Shown piece by piece: positions 63,201 to 64,000 of a stretch of 64,000 nucleotides of DNA (positions are counted from its first letter, which is position 1; every line of letters starts with the position of its first letter). The translations under genes were made by a program, and so were the position numbers. Below the pieces are notes generated by a model. That model searched no databases. It saw nothing but the letters and a program-made list of their open reading frames with translations, and was not told the origin of the DNA. The DNA lies in assembly GCA_028826165.1 (NCBI GenBank), contig JAPDFW010000072.1:62001-126000 (forward strand), read 5' to 3'. The DNA is from Anaeramoeba ignava BMAN. Lineage: Eukaryota > Protista > Anaeramoebae.

Positions 63201-64000
63201 TTTAGAAATGAAGGATGATTTGAGAATTATTATAAATGCAAAATGGACTTCTGAACAACTTGAATCTTTAAACAAATTATTTCAATTTGGAAGTGATTTA
63301 AAATGCAATTCAAATGATCCAATCGAAAATTATAAACAATTTTTAGTTAGATATAATCTTGAAAAATTTCTTGCAAAAGAAAAATCAAATTTACTCTCCA
63401 TTTCAGAGCAAACAAAATATAAAGTACTGGAAATCGAAGACGAAAAAGAAAAGAGAAAATCAAAATCAATATCAAAGAGCAGTTACAAAAAATTTTCGAA
63501 AGATTCAAAAATTAAGAAATATATTAGTTTTAATAAATCAGCTTGCAATTCCAAATCATCTACTGAATTCAAAACAAAATTTGAAGAATGGAAATTTAAT
63601 ACAAGCGAATTACCTTCATTTACATTTCAAGAAATTGCCCGAATAACTAGTCTTAAAGAACAAAAACTCAAATCAAGTAGTGTTGAATCAAAAATCGATG
63701 CTTTGGAATTGGATAAAATTGATCCAAAATCATTTTTCTCAGACAAAAACTGGTTTAAAAAATCACCACTTTTTACTCCTGAAAAAACAATCATTTCCAA
63801 AAAAACAATCTCAATTCCAAAAAAACAATCCTTGAAATTGGTTCCTTATCTTGTTCTCAATCATCCTAATTTAATCAAAGTGAAATCTTTTTATGAAACT
63901 TCAGATTCAATTGAAGTAAATTTGGATTCGGATTTACAACTTACACTTGCTGAATATAAAAAACTTTCAAATTACCACGAAGATTTATTTTATTTTTATT
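60217..64000 (+). CDS. Partial gene, likely kinase-like/pseudokinase. Exon 60217-60330, intron 60331-62716, exon from 62717 open to window end; probable 1-nt frameshift at ~62735
   Basis: Frame open from ~62740 to the window end (absent from the track because no stop is reached). It ends with LNHPNLIKVKSFYET...TLAEY, resembling kinase subdomains IV-V. Confidence 0.55.
60331..62716 (+). repeat. 2.39-kb intron of (ttttaa/ttctaa)n
   Basis: GT 60331 to AG 62716, hexamer array. Confidence 0.85.

Noticed and set aside
1-64000. Alternative genetic code (stop reassignment)
   Set aside because: Multi-kb ORFs are free of in-frame stops; ORF breaks are explained by introns or single indels; TAA, TGA and TAG all end genes.

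Overview
Extremely AT-rich, gene-dense eukaryotic nuclear DNA. It uses the standard genetic code and contains about 44 GT-AG introns, reconstructed by hand from reading-frame and phase continuity. The poly-NQ/NE tracts, TCATTTT elements before each ATG and expanded small-GTPase signalling genes suggest a free-living metamonad such as Anaeramoeba; this is inference only. There are 16 protein-coding genes: a CH-domain protein (partial), Pcc1, ankyrin-RhoGEF-PH, a degenerate USP24/34/9X-like paralog, Nop10, an FHA-formin, a catalytically intact USP24/34/9X-like DUB, a divergent Ras, an intronless 811-aa unknown, a 263-aa unknown, a WBP4-like zinc finger, a RasGEF, Vps35, an ERGIC-53-like lectin, a RhoBTB-like protein and a partial kinase-like gene. 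Most short ORFs in the track are artefacts of simple repeats. Highlights: (1) Nop10 has an archaeal-type four-Cys zinc ribbon on a eukaryotic C-terminus. (2) A strand-specific, often tandem Trichomonas-like initiator (TCAYTT) sits upstream of essentially every gene. (3) Introns are inflated by intron-specific satellites that exclude G from the sense strand; donors mostly lack +5G and many acceptors are A-rich AAG. (4) An intact and a degenerate USP paralog share intron positions. No tRNA, rRNA, CRISPR array, transposase or intein was recognised. Several single-base frameshifts are most likely assembly errors.
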